A DNA stretch of 64,000 bases from Patescibacteria group bacterium (GTDB lineage Bacteria > Patescibacteriota > Minisyncoccia > Phycocordibacterales > PALSA-1337): assembly GCA_040384285.1 (NCBI GenBank), contig JAZKJN010000010.1:11995-75994 (forward strand). The letters run 5' to 3'. The notes beneath the pieces are model-generated. The model did not search any database. It worked only from the letters and a program-made list of their open reading frames with translations, and was not told the origin of the DNA. A program made the translations under genes and the position numbers. Positions 47,366 to 57,654 of this stretch are shown here, in pieces (positions within the stretch are counted from its first letter, which is position 1; every line of letters starts with the position of its first letter).

Positions 47366-47806
47366 ATGGATAAAGTAACGATTCGTTTCGGTAAAGGACT
47401 ACAGAGAGTGCTCAGAGATGACTCAGATTTTTTTAAAGAGCCGACCCTACAGACAGCCTTCGCTTTTGTGGGGTTTGTCACCTCAATCACATCTCTCGGA
47501 TTTGGCGGGGGAGTGCCTCTTAAGTCTTTCAAGGTTCGTGATTGTGATATTCACGAAACTGGTGGTTTGATACCAGGTCCAAAAACAAGAAATCTCCTTG
47601 AAAGGGCTAATCAATTGAGCGATAGAGTGTCTGTAGAGTTTGAGATTGATGAGGTGCCCCATCGCATTAGTGTAAGGTTTCATTTTTATGGAAGTGGTAA
47701 AAATGCACGTACATATCTTCAGTGTGCGGGGATTGTCGAGTCAGATTGTATTCGGAAGTTTCCATTATTCAGATTCACTCCAGAATTTTTTCCTGAGTTT
47801 TGCTAA
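47366..47806 (+). CDS. Hypothetical protein (ORFan)
   Basis: TTGACG-17-TATATT promoter and downstream terminator. Confidence 0.65.
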   Translation: MDKVTIRFGKGLQRVLRDDSDFFKEPTLQTAFAFVGFVTSITSLGFGGGVPLKSFKVRDCDIHETGGLIPGPKTRNLLERANQLSDRVSVEFEIDEVPHRISVRFHFYGSGKNARTYLQCAGIVESDCIRKFPLFRFTPEFFPEFC

Positions 47807-47888
47807 AAAAAGCATTTGTGTCTACTGCCCACAGAATTCGTTCAAGGGTTTCTGTTGGGCGGTTTTTTTATTTGCTATACTTACCCCT

Positions 47889-48392
47889 ATGCAAAACTAT
47901 TTCAAAGGCACAAAGGAACACCCATACCATCTCTCCGTCGGAGCAGTCGCACTCAATGAGAAAAATGAAGTATGTTGCCACTACTTTACAGAGATAAAGG
48001 GACACGCTTCATTTGCACATCTCAAAAATTTCTACATTCTCATGCGTGAGACTATGGAGATGGGGGAGAGTATTGAACAGACGCTTCACCGAGGACTCAA
48101 AGAAGAATTTGGTATAACAGGAGAGATTGTTGACTACCTCGGTTCTACTAGAGATGAGTACTTTGATCCAGGAAAGGATTCTCAAATAGAAAAGACAACT
48201 TTGTATTTCTTGGTGAAGACAAAAACTTTTAATCCTGAATTGCGAAACCAAGAAGATGTTGAGGTGGAAAGTAAAATCGAGTGGCAATCCTGCGATTACT
48301 TGATTGAAAAAATGAAGGAACAAGGAATACGCTTTGGCAATATGTCTCTGGATGAATCGTCTATTCTAGAAAAAGTAAAAACATATATTTAG
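47889..48392 (+). CDS. NUDIX hydrolase family protein
   Basis: GESIEQTLHRGLKEEFG Nudix-like box; start reassigned. Confidence 0.8.
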   Translation: MQNYFKGTKEHPYHLSVGAVALNEKNEVCCHYFTEIKGHASFAHLKNFYILMRETMEMGESIEQTLHRGLKEEFGITGEIVDYLGSTRDEYFDPGKDSQIEKTTLYFLVKTKTFNPELRNQEDVEVESKIEWQSCDYLIEKMKEQGIRFGNMSLDESSILEKVKTYI

Positions 48393-48443
48393 AAATAAAA
48401 AAACCCGCAACGGGTGAGGCTGGGGAGTCTGTGGTGGATGAGG

Positions 48444-48683
48444 TCAACTGGCCACAAAGAAAAGATTTCGATTATTTTTGCCAGGAGCAGGAAGGAAGAC
48501 TTTTACCGAAGGTTTGAAATTTTTGACTTTCCGTTCGAGTCTCCTCAGGTTTGTGTCGTGAACGTAGTTTCGATGATCCTTTGCATCCATGATGATGTGG
48601 GAATCAGGATGCTTGTGCTGAGCTCTGGTGGCTGCTTTCAGTAGTCGTACGTACCAGGTGATTTTTCGTGATTTCTTTGCCAT
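48444..48683 (-). CDS. Small basic hypothetical protein
   Basis: TTGACA-16-TAGTCT promoter; ACCCG/CGGGT terminator with T7. Confidence 0.6.
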   Translation of the reverse strand: MAKKSRKITWYVRLLKAATRAQHKHPDSHIIMDAKDHRNYVHDTNLRRLERKVKNFKPSVKVFLPAPGKNNRNLFFVAS

Positions 48684-48803
48684 GCCGATCAGGGGGTAAG
48701 GGGTTGATGTCGAGATCTGTACTTAGACTATTCCTTTCATTATTTTTGTCAAACAGCTATGGTAATAAAGTAATTATCAATCATCTTAATCGTCATAACT
48801 CAT

Positions 48804-49127
48804 ATGATACACACAACAACACATTCAATTGAAGGAAAGAAAATAACAGAATATCTCGGAATCGTGAACGCCGATGTTATTATTGGTGCAAATATTATCA
48901 GCGATATTTTTGCTGGTATCCGTGACATCGTCGGAGGACGTTCTGCGACATACGAGAAAAAGTTTTCAGAAGGAAAGACGCTCGCACTCAAAGAGCTTGA
49001 AGAGGAAGCTGTGCGACTCGGAGCCAACGCTATCGTGGGAATTGATTTTGACTATGAGACAGTGGGGGCTCAGAGTACGATGCTCATGATCACTGTGTCG
49101 GGAACTGCGGTAAAGATCGAGCAATAA
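48804..49127 (+). CDS. YbjQ/UPF0145 family protein
   Basis: IRDIVGGRS, LGANAIVG, SGTAV. Confidence 0.93.
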   Translation: MIHTTTHSIEGKKITEYLGIVNADVIIGANIISDIFAGIRDIVGGRSATYEKKFSEGKTLALKELEEEAVRLGANAIVGIDFDYETVGAQSTMLMITVSGTAVKIEQ

Positions 49128-49164
49128 AGCTATCTATATCCTCAATAAGGAGTACAATGATCCT

Positions 49165-49530
49165 ATGATTACATTTATACTATTAGGTCTGCTACTTGGG
49201 GCAATTGTTATTATTTTTGCATTACAAAACTCAATCACTATCACGGTCTCGTTCCTTGCGTGGCAATTCACGGGTCCCCTTACCTTTATCCTTCTTGCAG
49301 CAGTCGCAAGCGGTCTTTTGATCAGTTCATTCCTCTCATTGCCAGACTATATCCGTCAGGCGCTTCGCATCTCACGACTTAAAGACAAGACAGTGAAACT
49401 TCAGGAGACGGTAGTTGAAAAAGAAATCGAAGTAGAGAAAGAAAAGATTCGAGTTGAGGAAGAAAAATCAAAACTTGATGCAACAAACGCATACATCGAT
49501 GATCTAGAAAAACCTACTCCCAAGGTGTAA
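49165..49530 (+). CDS. LapA/DUF1049 family membrane protein
   Basis: IFALQN..VSFLAW, two TM, coiled coil. Confidence 0.85.
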   Translation: MITFILLGLLLGAIVIIFALQNSITITVSFLAWQFTGPLTFILLAAVASGLLISSFLSLPDYIRQALRISRLKDKTVKLQETVVEKEIEVEKEKIRVEEEKSKLDATNAYIDDLEKPTPKV

Positions 49531-49539
49531 TATATAGGT

Positions 49540-49758
49540 ATGAAAAAAATAATTATAATCATTATCGTCATTCTTCTTGTGGGATATTTCTTCCCTAAAT
49601 CATACACATCATCTGCGGGACATGTGACAGCAGAAATGAATGCTGAGTTCGAGGCAAACAAGCCGACATGTATGGGATACAGCTATCTCACCAACAGGGA
49701 AGCGACTTACGCCGATGCTCCTGGAAAGAGTTTGTGTTTTGGATGGTTGGTGAAATAA
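49540..49758 (+). CDS. Small membrane-anchored protein with two Cys
   Basis: N-terminal TM, CMG..LCFG. Confidence 0.65.
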   Translation: MKKIIIIIIVILLVGYFFPKSYTSSAGHVTAEMNAEFEANKPTCMGYSYLTNREATYADAPGKSLCFGWLVK

Positions 49759-49763
49759 CTACG

Positions 49764-49976
49764 ATGAGTAGCCCAATACAAACACGTGGTGGTTCTGCAG
49801 GAATCCTCATACTTTTTATCGGTGCGGTCATCCTCATGTTCCTTATGTTTAAACAATATGAAAAGCTCGGAATGCTCAAGGTAAAAGGGGAGCCTTACGA
49901 AGTTTCTCCGGTGGACCAAGCTCAGGCAGCAAAGGATGCTCTCGAATCACGAAATAGGGAAACTTTTGGACAGTAA
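49764..49976 (+). CDS. Small single-TM protein, prepilin-like N-terminus
   Basis: MSSPIQTRG followed by hydrophobic segment; start reassigned. Confidence 0.6.
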   Translation: MSSPIQTRGGSAGILILFIGAVILMFLMFKQYEKLGMLKVKGEPYEVSPVDQAQAAKDALESRNRETFGQ

Positions 49977-50008
49977 ATTCTCGGCAATAAGTTTGCTATA
50001 CTATATCC

Positions 50009-50455
50009 ATGACTCGATTCTTTCAAAAAATACTTCTCTCAGAATCTTACGAGCAAGGTCTCGTGACCCTCGTGCGTATTGGACTCGGGGTTATCTTTGT
50101 GTGGTTTGGAGTTCTCAAAATTCTCGGCTTCAACCCGGTCTTTGACCTTATCTACAACTCCATTCTTCCATGGCTTGCAGACGGTCCCGGTCTCATGACG
50201 CTCGGAATCTTTGAAACATTCATCGGAATCCTACTTCTTTCAAACCGTGCACTGATCTTTACTCATACAATAGTGTTTTTCCATCTCCTCGGAACATTCT
50301 CCACATTTATTTTTGGATGGCATATTGTCTTTCAGCCGTACTTCCCAATGCTCTCGCTTGATGGAGAATTTGTGATCAAAAATATAATTCTCGCCCTCGC
50401 TGGTCTCGTGGTTCTCGTGTATGAGTCTCGTAAAAAAGCAGGGAGGAATGGATAG
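50009..50455 (+). CDS. DoxX-like membrane protein
   Basis: RIGLGVIFVWFGVLK, GEFVIKN. Confidence 0.8.
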   Translation: MTRFFQKILLSESYEQGLVTLVRIGLGVIFVWFGVLKILGFNPVFDLIYNSILPWLADGPGLMTLGIFETFIGILLLSNRALIFTHTIVFFHLLGTFSTFIFGWHIVFQPYFPMLSLDGEFVIKNIILALAGLVVLVYESRKKAGRNG

Positions 50456-50493
50456 GGAATCTGTGATAGTATCTCAAGAGAAGGAGGTGCATC

Positions 50494-50889
50494 ATGGCAT
50501 CTATAGAACATCTTATTGAAAGCGCCCGTACATACGAAATGGTTCATTTTCTCGCTAAGACCTTTAATGCCTCCCCAGTTATTCGTGATAGGACCACATT
50601 ACTCCCGAACGCTGTGGTATTTTCTCCCCTGCGGGAAATTCCTAAAAGAGACAGGCTTGAAAGTTGCCTCTCGAAATTTTATGAGGATCGCGGATATACT
50701 TTTGAGATCCGGCGAGGAAGCTTTTGCTCCACAATCCTGGATGGATATATCTTTGTCGGGGAGAAGAGGCGAGGAATGCTGAACTTTACTATCACTTGGT
50801 TTTCTATTCCTGACCTGGGTAATCCTCGCATTCTCGTGAGTACACAACTTTTGCCCAAAGGACTTTCATCCTCGTTGCCCCGGCCCTAA
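50494..50889 (+). CDS. Hypothetical protein (ORFan)
   Basis: SD AAGGAGGTG at 50481-50489; GGCCCT/AGGGCC terminator. Confidence 0.7.
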   Translation: MASIEHLIESARTYEMVHFLAKTFNASPVIRDRTTLLPNAVVFSPLREIPKRDRLESCLSKFYEDRGYTFEIRRGSFCSTILDGYIFVGEKRRGMLNFTITWFSIPDLGNPRILVSTQLLPKGLSSSLPRP

Positions 50890-50922
50890 CCAAGGGCCTT
50901 TTTTATTTGTTATACTTAGTCC

Positions 50923-51225
50923 ATGAAGACTTTCTCAGAAAAAGTATACGAAGTTGCAAGTCGAATTCCCAAAGGGAAGGTGGCAACTTACGGGCAGATT
51001 GCTCGGCTGGCAGGGAATACAAAAGCTTCTCGAGCCGTGGGGATGTGCATGAGTAGCAATATTGATACGAAAAAAGTTCCGTGTCATCGCGTAGTTGCTT
51101 CTACTGGCGAGCTCACAGGTTATGCTTTTGGCGGAGTTTCGGTAAAGCAAAAAATTCTTGAGAGAGAAGGTGTGGCATTTAAAAATAAAAAAGCGGATCT
51201 ACAACAATCGCAATGGCAAAAGTAA
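50923..51225 (+). CDS. O6-methylguanine-DNA methyltransferase family (single domain)
   Basis: IPKGKVATYG, RAVG, PCHRV active site. Confidence 0.93.
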   Translation: MKTFSEKVYEVASRIPKGKVATYGQIARLAGNTKASRAVGMCMSSNIDTKKVPCHRVVASTGELTGYAFGGVSVKQKILEREGVAFKNKKADLQQSQWQK

Positions 51226-51779
51226 AAAAAACAGGTTCAAAAAGAGCGCTTTTTCACGACATCCTCATGATTCTTTTTGGTGTGATGATCGCGGTTATCT
51301 TTGTAAAAACTGGAGTGCTTGATTTTCTCATCTCATCCCTGAAGGGTTATGTGATCATTGCAAGTTTTGTCGCAGGAATTTTCTTTACATCTGCCTTTAC
51401 ACTTGCTCCTGCATCCATTGCTCTGGTAAGTATCTCTCAATATGCCCCCACGAGTACGATTGCTCTCTGGGGAGGACTGGGGGCAATGTGTGGAGATCTC
51501 ATTCTTTTCTTTTTTATCCGCGATCGGTTCGCAGAAGATCTCATGAAGGCAATGAAACCAGCAAAAATAAAAAGCATTCTCCACTCGTTTCATTTTGGTT
51601 TTCTGAAATGGCTCTCTCCAATTCTCGGTGCGCTCATTATTGCATCACCTTTGCCCGATGAATTTGGCATTACGCTCATGGGAATTTCCAAAGTTCGCGT
51701 CGCCATCCTTATGCCAATCGCGTTTGTCATGAACGTCCTTGGAATTTATCTTTTGATTCAATTCTCTCATCTGATATAA
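51213..51779 (+). CDS. Hypothetical membrane protein
   Basis: Multiple TM; GAMCGD and SPLPDE motifs. Confidence 0.75.
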   Translation: MAKVKKTGSKRALFHDILMILFGVMIAVIFVKTGVLDFLISSLKGYVIIASFVAGIFFTSAFTLAPASIALVSISQYAPTSTIALWGGLGAMCGDLILFFFIRDRFAEDLMKAMKPAKIKSILHSFHFGFLKWLSPILGALIIASPLPDEFGITLMGISKVRVAILMPIAFVMNVLGIYLLIQFSHLI

Positions 51780-51787
51780 TCAGATAC

Positions 51788-52438
51788 ATGAATACAAACA
51801 GAATCATCGGATGGGCAATTTTCGTAGCAGTTGTAGGTCTTATTGTATGGGGAATGATCGCCGCTTCAAATAAAGCCAAGAACGAGCTTACTGGTGCTGG
51901 TCTTCCTGACCAAGTAGTGGCAACCGACTGGGTAAAGGGAACAAGCACGGCTCCTGTCACTCTCGTCGAATATTCAGACTTTCAGTGTCCGGCATGCGGA
52001 GGATATTTTCCTCTCGTAGAGAAGCTTGTTGCTGAGAATCCTACTCTTGTACGTCTCGTGTACCGACACTTTCCACTTCAGCAGCATGTGCATGCTATGC
52101 TCGCAGCACAGGCATCTGAGGCAGCAGGAAACCAGGGTAAATTCTGGGAAATGTATAAAAAGCTTTTTGAAACTCAGGCTGACTGGGACAAAGCAGCAGA
52201 TGCAAAGGCGGTATTCACAGGCTATGCACAGGAACTCGGACTCGATATGGTAAAGTTTGCCGCCGACATTGACTCACAGGTTGTAAAGGATAAGATAAAC
52301 GCCCAGGCTCTCGGAGGGGCACGAGGAGGAGTAAACTCAACTCCGACATTCTATGTAAACGGAAAGAAGATACAAAATCCTCAAAGTTATGATGAATTTA
52401 AAAAACTTATTGAAAACGCAGCTACCCCCGCTGCCTAA
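51788..52438 (+). CDS. DsbA family thiol-disulfide oxidoreductase
   Basis: EYSDFQCPAC, YRHFPL, STPTF. Confidence 0.95.
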   Translation: MNTNRIIGWAIFVAVVGLIVWGMIAASNKAKNELTGAGLPDQVVATDWVKGTSTAPVTLVEYSDFQCPACGGYFPLVEKLVAENPTLVRLVYRHFPLQQHVHAMLAAQASEAAGNQGKFWEMYKKLFETQADWDKAADAKAVFTGYAQELGLDMVKFAADIDSQVVKDKINAQALGGARGGVNSTPTFYVNGKKIQNPQSYDEFKKLIENAATPAA

Positions 52439-52844
52439 ATGGGTCCCTATCGCGCTTCTTACAATTGCCCTTATCGGCTTTGCTGATGCTACATACCTCA
52501 CGGTTGAGCACTACATGAATAGTATTCCACCGTGTGCGATCGGAGGATGTGAAATCGTACTGACGAGCCAATATTCAGATATTCTTGGCTTCCCGACATC
52601 GCTTCTCGGTGCGGCTTATTATCTTCTTGTCGCCGTACTCATATTCCTTTCTCTCGATAGCAAGAAGGAAAAGTATCTCCGGTACGCTTTACTCCTGACA
52701 CCTCTCGGATTTCTCGCATCTCTCGTGTTCGTCTCTATTATGATTTTTGTTCTCCAGGCTTTCTGTTTGTACTGCTCAGTTTCCGCTCTCACTTCAACTC
52801 TCTTGTTTGTCGGCGCCCTCGTTATCTTTAAAAAATATACATGA
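52389..52844 (+). CDS. Vitamin K epoxide reductase (VKOR) family
   Basis: CAIGGC..VLTSQY, CLYC; paired with DsbA. Confidence 0.92.
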   Translation: MMNLKNLLKTQLPPLPKWVPIALLTIALIGFADATYLTVEHYMNSIPPCAIGGCEIVLTSQYSDILGFPTSLLGAAYYLLVAVLIFLSLDSKKEKYLRYALLLTPLGFLASLVFVSIMIFVLQAFCLYCSVSALTSTLLFVGALVIFKKYT

Positions 52845-54406
52845 AAAAGAAAATCGCACATTATCTTAGAAATAAAATCATTGTCGGCGTAATTGCACTC
52901 GTCCTCATAGTTATCGTGGGTGTTGCTTTTGCATCAAGTGGAAATGGGGAAATAGGGGAGACGGCCACTGTCACTCGAGGATCTGTGCGAGAGTCTGTAG
53001 AGGTGACTGGTAAGGTAGCTCCGTTCGGAAAAGCAGATCTTGGGTTTGAAAAAGGGGGAGTATTGGCACAAATCAATGCAAAGGTGGGCGACGCCGTAAA
53101 AAAAGGGACCATTATTGCTTCACTTGATAATGCAGATACGCTTGCATCTTTGCGTGGTGCCGAAGCTCATCTTTTGGGCGAGCGCGCACGACTTTCTGAA
53201 TTGCAAAAGGGTCTTCGCCCCGAAGAACTTTCTGTGGAAACAGCAAAATATAAAGCTTCACAGAGTGATTTTACCGAAGGGCGAACAGCTCTTTTGAACG
53301 CTCTCCATGATGCGTATGTAAAAGCAGAAACTTCTCTTGTAAGCCATACAGACGTGATGTTTAATAACCCTCGAAGTGCCCGGCCCACTGTCGTTTTTGT
53401 GCTCGATAGCTACGCTGAGGAAAACAGGATCAGCCAGTCACGCGCTTTGGTAACACAGAATCTTCTTGCATGGAAAAGTGATCTCGATTCGCTGACACTC
53501 GACTCCGATCCAGCGCCGTACGCTCTCAAAGCCCGTGGATATCTCATGTCGATCAAAACTCTTATGAGCGAGCTCTCAGTGATTGTCTCCGATCTCAATA
53601 GCGGAGGCTCTGGTTTTACCGAAGCTCAGATCGATACCTATACCACAGCGCTTAATGATGGAATTTCTGCTCTGAATACTGCTGTAGCTTCTCTTGCAGC
53701 AGGCGAATCTGCATACAACACTGCATCGTCAAATCTTTCTATTGCAGAAGATCAGTTCGACCTCCAAAAAGCGGGTTCATCTGTAGAAGCACTCGAGATC
53801 CAGATGGCAAGCGTCAACAAAGCGTCTGCAGACGTTCTTGCTCTTCAGGCAGAACTTGGCAAGCGTCGTGTCGTGGCTCCTATCGATGGAATACTTACAA
53901 AAGCAGATGCTCATCTCGGAGAATTCATCTCTCCAGGAACAGTTTCTTTCGCAATGATTTCTGAGGAATCTTTCAAGGTTGAAATCTTTGTGCCTGAAGT
54001 TGATATTGCAAAAATTTCTGTAAATGATGTTGCTTCGATACAGCTCGATGCATATGGGGAAGATGCTGTGTTCAAAGCTCATGTGATTTCTGTGGATCCT
54101 GCAGAAACTGTCGTTGAAGGTGTACCAACCTACAAGGTAACCCTTCAGTTTGATGAAAAAGACGCTCGAGTACGTTCCGGTATGACTGCAAATATCGAGA
54201 TTGAAACTAATTTCAAAAAAAATGTTCTCACCGTCCCATACCGTGCAATCACTCAAAGAAAAGGTGAAAGTTTTGTGAAAGTTCTCGATTCAGATGAGGA
54301 ATATACTGAAGTGAAAGTCGTAACAGGACTCAAGGGCTCTGATGGAATGGTAGAAATACAAAGCGGACTTTCTGAGGGAATGATGGTGGTTACTTTGCTC
54401 AAGTAA
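52841..54406 (+). CDS. Efflux periplasmic adaptor (HlyD/MFP family)
   Basis: KVGDAVKKG, APIDG, EVDIAKI, GMTA, SGLSEG. Confidence 0.9.
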   Translation: MKKKIAHYLRNKIIVGVIALVLIVIVGVAFASSGNGEIGETATVTRGSVRESVEVTGKVAPFGKADLGFEKGGVLAQINAKVGDAVKKGTIIASLDNADTLASLRGAEAHLLGERARLSELQKGLRPEELSVETAKYKASQSDFTEGRTALLNALHDAYVKAETSLVSHTDVMFNNPRSARPTVVFVLDSYAEENRISQSRALVTQNLLAWKSDLDSLTLDSDPAPYALKARGYLMSIKTLMSELSVIVSDLNSGGSGFTEAQIDTYTTALNDGISALNTAVASLAAGESAYNTASSNLSIAEDQFDLQKAGSSVEALEIQMASVNKASADVLALQAELGKRRVVAPIDGILTKADAHLGEFISPGTVSFAMISEESFKVEIFVPEVDIAKISVNDVASIQLDAYGEDAVFKAHVISVDPAETVVEGVPTYKVTLQFDEKDARVRSGMTANIEIETNFKKNVLTVPYRAITQRKGESFVKVLDSDEEYTEVKVVTGLKGSDGMVEIQSGLSEGMMVVTLLK

Positions 54407-55276
54407 ATGAAAACATCTTCAATATTAATCACGCAGCCCACAGAGGATTACGAACTCCTTGATTCTGGAGAAGGGGAGAAACTCGAACGTTTCGCCTCTA
54501 CTGTCCTTTCTCGTCCCGATCCACAAGCTCTCTGGAAGAAAAATCTTGGAGCAGATGAATGGAAAAAAGCAGATGCTCACTTTAGCCGTACAGAGGCAGA
54601 AGGTGCATGGAAATTTAAAAAAGAAAAGCTCGAGAAATGGCCGATCAGTTTTTCAGGGTTGAAGTTTTGGATAAAGCCAACAGCATTTAAACATGTGGGT
54701 ATTTTCCCTGAGCAATCAGAAAACTGGAACTGGATGCGGGGACTTTTGGAAGGCAAAAAAGACATTGATGTCTTAAATCTTTTCGGCTACACAGGTGGTG
54801 CATCTCTTGCATGTGCACAAGGAGGGGCAAAAGTGGTTCACATCGATGGATCTAAATCAGCAATTGCCTGGGCACGAGAAAATGCAGAACTCTCAGGTCT
54901 TTCCGACAAACCTATCCGCTGGATACTTGAAGATGCACGAGTGTTTGTTGGGCGTGAGGTAAAGCGGGGAAACAAGTACGATGCCATCATCATGGACCCA
55001 CCTGCTTTTGGACATGGTGCAAACAAAGAGCTTTGGAAAATCGAAGAAGATTTCCTCCCACTTGTCGAAGATTGTATGAAGCTTCTGAAAGATACACCTC
55101 TATTTTTTATCATCAACGGATACTCTGCTGGATATTCAGCGCTTGCCTATGAAAATGTTTTGGGAGAGCTTGTAAAAAAGTATGGGGGATCGATCGAGAC
55201 AGGGGAGCTGACACTTGAGGAGAAGGGTAGCAAAAGACTCTTGCCTTGTGGTATCTTTGCACGATGGAACCTATAA
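54407..55276 (+). CDS. Class I SAM-dependent methyltransferase (RlmI/YwbD-like)
   Basis: LNLFGYTGG, IIMDPPAFG. Confidence 0.9.
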   Translation: MKTSSILITQPTEDYELLDSGEGEKLERFASTVLSRPDPQALWKKNLGADEWKKADAHFSRTEAEGAWKFKKEKLEKWPISFSGLKFWIKPTAFKHVGIFPEQSENWNWMRGLLEGKKDIDVLNLFGYTGGASLACAQGGAKVVHIDGSKSAIAWARENAELSGLSDKPIRWILEDARVFVGREVKRGNKYDAIIMDPPAFGHGANKELWKIEEDFLPLVEDCMKLLKDTPLFFIINGYSAGYSALAYENVLGELVKKYGGSIETGELTLEEKGSKRLLPCGIFARWNL

Positions 55277-55923
55277 AAGTCCTCTACGAAGACAACCACC
55301 TGATCGCGGTCTACAAACCAGCGGGTATTCTCGTGCAAGGGGACAAGTCAGGCGATATCTCACTTCTCGATGAAGTACGGACGTATATAAAGAAAACCTA
55401 TAACAAACCTGGTAATGTATTTGTCGGTCTTGTGCATAGACTGGATCGAAACGTCGACGGAATTGTTCTTTTTGCGAAGACATCAAAAGGTGCGTCTAGA
55501 ATCAGTGAGCAGATTCGCGAGCATACCGTAAAGAAAACATATCACGCATGGGTGCATGGAACTCCGAAAAGTACTCAAGCAACCCTCGTCCATTTCCTCC
55601 TACACAACGAATCAAACAACCTCTCAGAAATTTTTGATACAGAAAAAGCAAACTCGCAAAAAGCAGAACTTTCATATGAGCTCATAAAAACTGAAGGAGA
55701 TTTTTCTCTACTCAAGATAAATCTCAAGACAGGACGACATCACCAGATTCGAGCCCAGCTTTCATACATAGATCATCCGATCGTGGGGGATATAAAGTAT
55801 GGATCAAAGATAGAATTGCCTGACAAAAAGATTGCTCTCACCGCTACATCACTCTCTTTTAAAACCGCTACAGGAGATCTGCAAAAAGAGATTAGTCTAG
55901 AAGAGCCTCAGAAAACGTGGTAG
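55264..55923 (+). CDS. RluA family pseudouridine synthase
   Basis: HRLDRNVDG, TGRHHQIR, GDIKYG; start reassigned. Confidence 0.94.
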   Translation: MEPIKVLYEDNHLIAVYKPAGILVQGDKSGDISLLDEVRTYIKKTYNKPGNVFVGLVHRLDRNVDGIVLFAKTSKGASRISEQIREHTVKKTYHAWVHGTPKSTQATLVHFLLHNESNNLSEIFDTEKANSQKAELSYELIKTEGDFSLLKINLKTGRHHQIRAQLSYIDHPIVGDIKYGSKIELPDKKIALTATSLSFKTATGDLQKEISLEEPQKTW

Positions 55924-55932
55924 TGTAGAACG

Positions 55933-56733
55933 ATGCAACTCATCGATGGACGCCTTGCAAAGGCCCACTATCTCGCACCACTTCTTGAAAGAGTAAAAGC
56001 TCTTCCGTATATTCCGTGTCTCGTCATCATCCAGGTCGGCACTCGTCCCGACTCTGACGTCTACATCCGTGCAAAAAAACTCATGGCACAAAAGATCGGT
56101 GTAAAAGAAATCCATCTTGAGCTTCCGGAATCTGTTACTCAAGAAGAGATCATCTCACTTGTAGAAAAATATAACAAAGACGAAACCGTTCAAGGCTTGA
56201 TTGTTCAATTGCCGGTTCCCGCACATCTCGATTCAAAAGCTATCATCGAAGCCATCGATACAAACAAAGAAGTCGATGGATATAAAGGAGCTTTGATCCC
56301 TGCCACTGCCCGTGGAGTCAGGGAATTGCTTGATTTCTACAATATCGATCTCTCGGGAAAAAAAGTCACGATGGTGGGAAGTTCAGAGCTTGTGGGAAAG
56401 CCGATCGCAACCATGGCAGAGAAAGCTGGTGCGATAGTAGCTCTCTGTAACAGCAAAACTGCTGATCTCAAATCCTCAACACTCGATGCCGATATTCTAA
56501 TCATCGCAATTGGTAAGCCATATTTCATTACGCGTGAGTACACTCATGAAAAACAAATCGTCATAGATGTTGGCATTACTCGTACTGAAAATGGTAGAGT
56601 GGTGGGAGATGTAGATTTCGAGAATGTTGCAGAGCATGTAGCAATGATTACGCCCGTTCCGGGAGGAGTGGGACAGATGACAGTGCTCGCACTTTTTGAA
56701 AATCTCATCGACGCATGCTACAGTAACGAATAA
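55933..56733 (+). CDS. folD: Methylene-THF dehydrogenase/cyclohydrolase
   Basis: VQLP, KEVDG, VGKP, IDVGI, TPVPGGVG. Confidence 0.95.
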   Translation: MQLIDGRLAKAHYLAPLLERVKALPYIPCLVIIQVGTRPDSDVYIRAKKLMAQKIGVKEIHLELPESVTQEEIISLVEKYNKDETVQGLIVQLPVPAHLDSKAIIEAIDTNKEVDGYKGALIPATARGVRELLDFYNIDLSGKKVTMVGSSELVGKPIATMAEKAGAIVALCNSKTADLKSSTLDADILIIAIGKPYFITREYTHEKQIVIDVGITRTENGRVVGDVDFENVAEHVAMITPVPGGVGQMTVLALFENLIDACYSNE

Positions 56734-56761
56734 GGATTACTAGATAATTTAAATTTAAAAA

Positions 56762-57553
56762 ATGAATAATAATAAAGAACAGTTGTGGAGTGTGGGAAAG
56801 TGGGCGGGAGTTCTTCTCGTGATCTTTCTTGCCGTGGTATCTATTAAAGAATTTGTCTCTATTAAATACGTCGGAAAGCCAGATCAGTATATGAATACGA
56901 TCTCAGTCAATGGAAAGGGGGAAGCTATTAGTATTCCTGACATTGCAACATTTTCTTTTAGTGTAACTGAGACAGCAAAGACTGTTGCGGAAGCTCAGAC
57001 AAAGGCAACAGAAAAGACAAGTGCAGCTCTTGTGGCAATAAAGGCCGGAGGAGTGGAGGAAAAGGATATCAAAACTCTCTCATATTCTATCAATCCTGAT
57101 TATGAATATACCTCAGGAATCTGTACTCCATACCAGTGCGGACCAAGCAAGCAAACACTCAAGGGATATGTCGTAAGCCAGACCATCGAAGTAAAGGTGC
57201 GGGACCTTTCAAAGGCCGGAGCACTCTTTGAAACTATCGGTGCAGCAGGAGTTCAAAATGTAAACGGACTCGCAGTCTCAATTGATGAGATCGAATCAGT
57301 GAAGGCTGTCGCTCGAGCAGAGGCTATTGCTGATGCAAAGACAAAGGCAGAAAAGATCGCAAAGGATCTCGGAGTGCGCCTTGTACGTATCACAAGCTTC
57401 TATGATCAAAGCGACAACGGACCATATTACGATGGCCGCGCAATGAACGAAAGTATGTCAGTCTCTGCAGTAAAGGCACAGGTAGCGCCCGAGATCCCAA
57501 CAGGGGAGCAGAAGATCACTTCAAACGTCACAATTACCTACGAAATCCGGTAA
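56762..57553 (+). CDS. SIMPL (DUF541) domain protein
   Basis: ISVNGKGEA..PDIA, AIADAKTKA, final VTITYEI. Confidence 0.9.
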   Translation: MNNNKEQLWSVGKWAGVLLVIFLAVVSIKEFVSIKYVGKPDQYMNTISVNGKGEAISIPDIATFSFSVTETAKTVAEAQTKATEKTSAALVAIKAGGVEEKDIKTLSYSINPDYEYTSGICTPYQCGPSKQTLKGYVVSQTIEVKVRDLSKAGALFETIGAAGVQNVNGLAVSIDEIESVKAVARAEAIADAKTKAEKIAKDLGVRLVRITSFYDQSDNGPYYDGRAMNESMSVSAVKAQVAPEIPTGEQKITSNVTITYEIR

Positions 57554-57654
57554 AACAGTCTAATTTGACTTAATCAAGAGAAAGGGGTAGTATTAGATTA
57601 CTATCCCTTTTTCGCCGGGATTTTTTAATAAAAAAACGCGAAATATCGAACAGC

